From assembly GCA_963809485.1 (NCBI GenBank), contig CAWEJX010000020.1:832001-896000 (forward strand): a stretch of DNA of 64,000 bases. The letters run 5' to 3'. This DNA comes from an uncultured Acidobacteriota bacterium. Its GTDB lineage: Bacteria > Acidobacteriota > UBA6911. The position numbers and the translations under genes are program-made. The notes below the pieces were generated by a model. That model was not told the origin of the DNA. It made no database searches and worked only from the letters and a program-made list of their open reading frames with translations. Shown in pieces: positions 61,311-64,000 of the stretch (within the stretch, counting starts at the first letter, position 1; each line of letters begins with the position of its first letter).

Positions 61311-62720
61311 ATGCTGCAACTGACTGCAAGGGACGTGGAATCCAGCACAAGGGGATCCTTGGCGCGCGGATCCGGGGGAACCCGCATCCCCGGAGTTTCC
61401 ATCGACACCCGCAGTCTGAAGGACGGGGATCTCTTCTTTGCCATCCGCGGCCCCAACCAGGATGGGCACCGCTTTATTCCGGATGCCCTTTCCAGGGGAG
61501 CTTCGGGAGTCGTCGCGGAACGCGGCTATCAGTATCCCGGTGAATTCCCCTCTGGCAGAATCCTTCTCACGGTGGAAAACACTCACGAAGCGCTCAAGGA
61601 TATCGCAATGTCGGTCCGGCGCCGGTGGCCTGGTGAACTGGTGGCGGTCACAGGAAGCATGGGCAAAACGACCACCAAGGAATTTGCCGCTCAGGTGCTG
61701 CAAAGCAGGTTCAGCGTTTACCGGACGCCGGGCAACTATAACAATCTGTTTGGGCTGCCGCTTGCCCTGCTCGGCCTGGACACGGGCCATGACATAGGGA
61801 TTTTCGAAATGGGGATGAGCACGCACGGGGAAATTGCCGAGATGTGCCGCATCGCCGCGCCATCCGTCGGAATTCTCATAAACATCGCACCCGTACATCT
61901 TGAATTTTTTGACTCGATCGAGGATATCGCGCAGTCCAAAGGTGAGCTCGTCGAGGCCCTGCCTCCGACAGGAACGCTGATTTTTAACGCCGACGACAGC
62001 CTGGTCCGCAGGATCGCCGCCCGGTTCGCGGGCGCCAAAATCTCATTTGGCCTGTCTGAAGGCGCCGATATCCGCGCGGAGCGCATCCAAATCACCGGCC
62101 TGGAGGAAACCCGTTTCCGGCTTTTATGCGCCGGCAGGGTCCTTGAGGCAATGATGCCATTCGCCGGCGCCCATTATGTGATGAACGCGCTTGCGGGCGT
62201 GGCGCTGGGCACTCGCTTCTCCGTCGAGCCCGAACGGATGATCGAAAGCCTCGCCACCCTGCAGCAGCCCGCAATGCGCGGCCAGATTGTGCGCTTCAAG
62301 GAGGGTTTCACCGTCATCGATGATTCCTACAATTCCAATCCCCGCGCACTGATGCAGATGATCGAAGTCTTGTCCGGCATGCCTTCCTTTGCGCGCCGGA
62401 TCCTGGTGGCGGGAGAAATGCTGGAGCTGGGGAAAGAATCGGCGGCCCTGCATTTCGAGTGCGGATCCTACGCGGCCAATAGGAAATTAGATATTGTGTT
62501 GGGCATCCGGGGAGACGCCCGTGAAATCGTCCGGGGAGCGGTGGAGTCCGGCTTGCCGGCCTCGCAGGCGCATTTTTTCCCGGATTCGGGTGCGGCGGCG
62601 GCTTTTGTTGCCGGCCAATTGCGCGAGCAGGACCTGGCGCTCATAAAGGGTTCACGGGGCGTGCATATGGAAAAGATCGTGCGCGGTTTGCGCGCGCGTT
62701 TTGAGGCTATCGGCGTCTGA
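61311..62720 (+). CDS. murF: UDP-MurNAc-pentapeptide synthetase
   Basis: IDTR, DGHRF, TGSMGKTTTKE, NYNNLFGLP, EMGM, DDSYNSNP, GEMLELG, KGSRG. Confidence 0.96.
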   Translation: MLQLTARDVESSTRGSLARGSGGTRIPGVSIDTRSLKDGDLFFAIRGPNQDGHRFIPDALSRGASGVVAERGYQYPGEFPSGRILLTVENTHEALKDIAMSVRRRWPGELVAVTGSMGKTTTKEFAAQVLQSRFSVYRTPGNYNNLFGLPLALLGLDTGHDIGIFEMGMSTHGEIAEMCRIAAPSVGILINIAPVHLEFFDSIEDIAQSKGELVEALPPTGTLIFNADDSLVRRIAARFAGAKISFGLSEGADIRAERIQITGLEETRFRLLCAGRVLEAMMPFAGAHYVMNALAGVALGTRFSVEPERMIESLATLQQPAMRGQIVRFKEGFTVIDDSYNSNPRALMQMIEVLSGMPSFARRILVAGEMLELGKESAALHFECGSYAANRKLDIVLGIRGDAREIVRGAVESGLPASQAHFFPDSGAAAAFVAGQLREQDLALIKGSRGVHMEKIVRGLRARFEAIGV

Positions 62721-62738
62721 GCTTCGGAGTTGTCTGGC

Positions 62739-64000
62739 ATGAGCTACAGCGGAAAGACAGTGTTGGTGGCTGGAGCGGGACGGAGCGGGATCGCGGCTTC
62801 CCGGTTTCTGCTCACAAACGGAGCCCGCGTCATCCTCACCGACACCCAAGGCATGGATGCGCTTCAGCCCTGCCTTGCTCCGCTGCTTGAAACGGCTCAG
62901 CGCGCGGGCAGACTGATCCTGGAATTGGGCGGACACCGTGAAGAGAGCTTCCGGGCCTGCGACTTGGTGGTCGTAAGCCCCGGAATTCCGCTGGCGCTTC
63001 CGTATTTTGAGATCAGCCGCAAAGCGGGGATTCCGGTCATCGCGGAGATTGAACTGGCCTGCCGCCATTTGAAAGGCAGAATTCTCGGCGTCACGGGATC
63101 CAACGGCAAGACAACCACGACCGCGCTGCTCGCGGCGCTCTTGACGGGCGCCGGGCTGAAGGGGCGCGCCGCGGGCAACATCGGCACCCCCCTGATAGGT
63201 TTCGCTTTCGACACCTCGCCGGAAGACATTTATGCGGTGGAGCTCTCCAGCTTTCAGCTCGAGGGCATCCATCAATTCCGGCCTTACGTGGGAGCGATTT
63301 TGAATCTGACTCCGGATCACCTGGACCGGTATTCGGATTTCAGGGATTACATCGCGGCCAAACGGCGCATTTTTATGAACCAGGAAAACACGGACTACGC
63401 GCTTCTGAACGCGGACGATGCGGAGACGGCGGCGATGGCCTCGGAGGTCCACGCCCAGCCGGTGCTGTTCAGCCGGCGGAAGCCTGTAGACCGGGGAGCG
63501 TTTGTGCGCAACGGCCGGGTCGTGTACCGGGATGGAAATGGAGAAAAGGATCTCTTTGTCGCAGACGTTTCGCCCCTGCGGGGCGGACACAACCTGGAAA
63601 ACATTCTGGCGGCCTGCGCGATGGCGATTCTGGCCGGCACGCCGCCGGAATCCCTTGAGGGCAGCGTTCGCGGCTTCAAAGGCGTCGAGCACCGGATTGA
63701 ATTTGTCTGTGAGCGCAATGGAGTTCAGTTTTTTAACGATTCGAAAGCCACCAACGTCGACGCCGCCGTCAAATCGCTTGAAGCATTCCCCGGCAACATA
63801 CTTCTGATAGCGGGAGGGCGGGACAAAGCCGGAGACTTCGCGGCTCTGAAAAATCTGGTCCGGGAACGGGTCAAGCACCTGGTTTTGATCGGTGAGGCGA
63901 CGGGCAAGATCCAAAAGGCCCTCGCCGGCGCGGCGGATGCAATCGAGGCCTCCTCCATGGAGGAGGCGGTCGACCTGTGCAGCCGTCTGGCCCGGCCCGG
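62739..64000 (+). CDS. murD: UDP-MurNAc-L-Ala:D-Glu ligase (partial; runs off window)
   Basis: Manual translation from ATG 62739: VAGAGRSG, VVSPGIP, TGSNGKTTTT, GNIGTP, ELSSFQL, NLTPDHLDRY, HRIE, NDSKATN. Confidence 0.95.
   Translation, partial: MSYSGKTVLVAGAGRSGIAASRFLLTNGARVILTDTQGMDALQPCLAPLLETAQRAGRLILELGGHREESFRACDLVVVSPGIPLALPYFEISRKAGIPVIAEIELACRHLKGRILGVTGSNGKTTTTALLAALLTGAGLKGRAAGNIGTPLIGFAFDTSPEDIYAVELSSFQLEGIHQFRPYVGAILNLTPDHLDRYSDFRDYIAAKRRIFMNQENTDYALLNADDAETAAMASEVHAQPVLFSRRKPVDRGAFVRNGRVVYRDGNGEKDLFVADVSPLRGGHNLENILAACAMAILAGTPPESLEGSVRGFKGVEHRIEFVCERNGVQFFNDSKATNVDAAVKSLEAFPGNILLIAGGRDKAGDFAALKNLVRERVKHLVLIGEATGKIQKALAGAADAIEASSMEEAVDLCSRLARP

Noticed and set aside
60776-61456. 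Short ORFs in the murE-murF spacer as a toxin or leader peptide
   Set aside because: They are translations of the palindromic and repeat DNA, with no coding signature.

Overview
A GC-rich bacterial chromosomal window made up mostly of core genes. The gene order and the split atp operon are compatible with an anaerobic Acidobacteriota or Desulfobacterota-type organism (inference). In order, it holds: an AddAB-type helicase-nuclease pair (addA runs off the left edge); a 4-subunit 2-oxoacid:ferredoxin oxidoreductase behind an aromatic-acid MFS transporter; a DsbA-like protein; an S9 peptidase; trkAH; an orphan NarL regulator; pit; an MrfAB/YprAB repair pair; sixA-ppx-ppk1-ROK kinase-bfr; a ~2.2 kb micro-island at tRNA-Gln(CTG); a TPR protein; atp b'-b-delta-alpha-gamma-beta-epsilon; a GT-C glycosyltransferase; folE/puuD-like; yihY-queA; an orphan anti-sigma pair; comF-dksA-rlmH-rsfS-nadD-obgE-rpmA-rplU; an OmpR-type two-component system; ychF; and the dcw cluster, which lacks mraY and ends in a truncated murD. 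No CRISPR array, intact transposase or integrase is visible. The unusual signal is mostly non-coding. It comprises a dispersed ~135 bp hairpin-ended repeat family (3 copies), a large nested palindrome between murE and murF, a second dispersed repeat family, heptamer repeats at operon junctions and inside coding sequence, and an att-flanked relic island. I cannot show a clearly new multi-gene system from the sequence alone; the best candidates are listed as findings.
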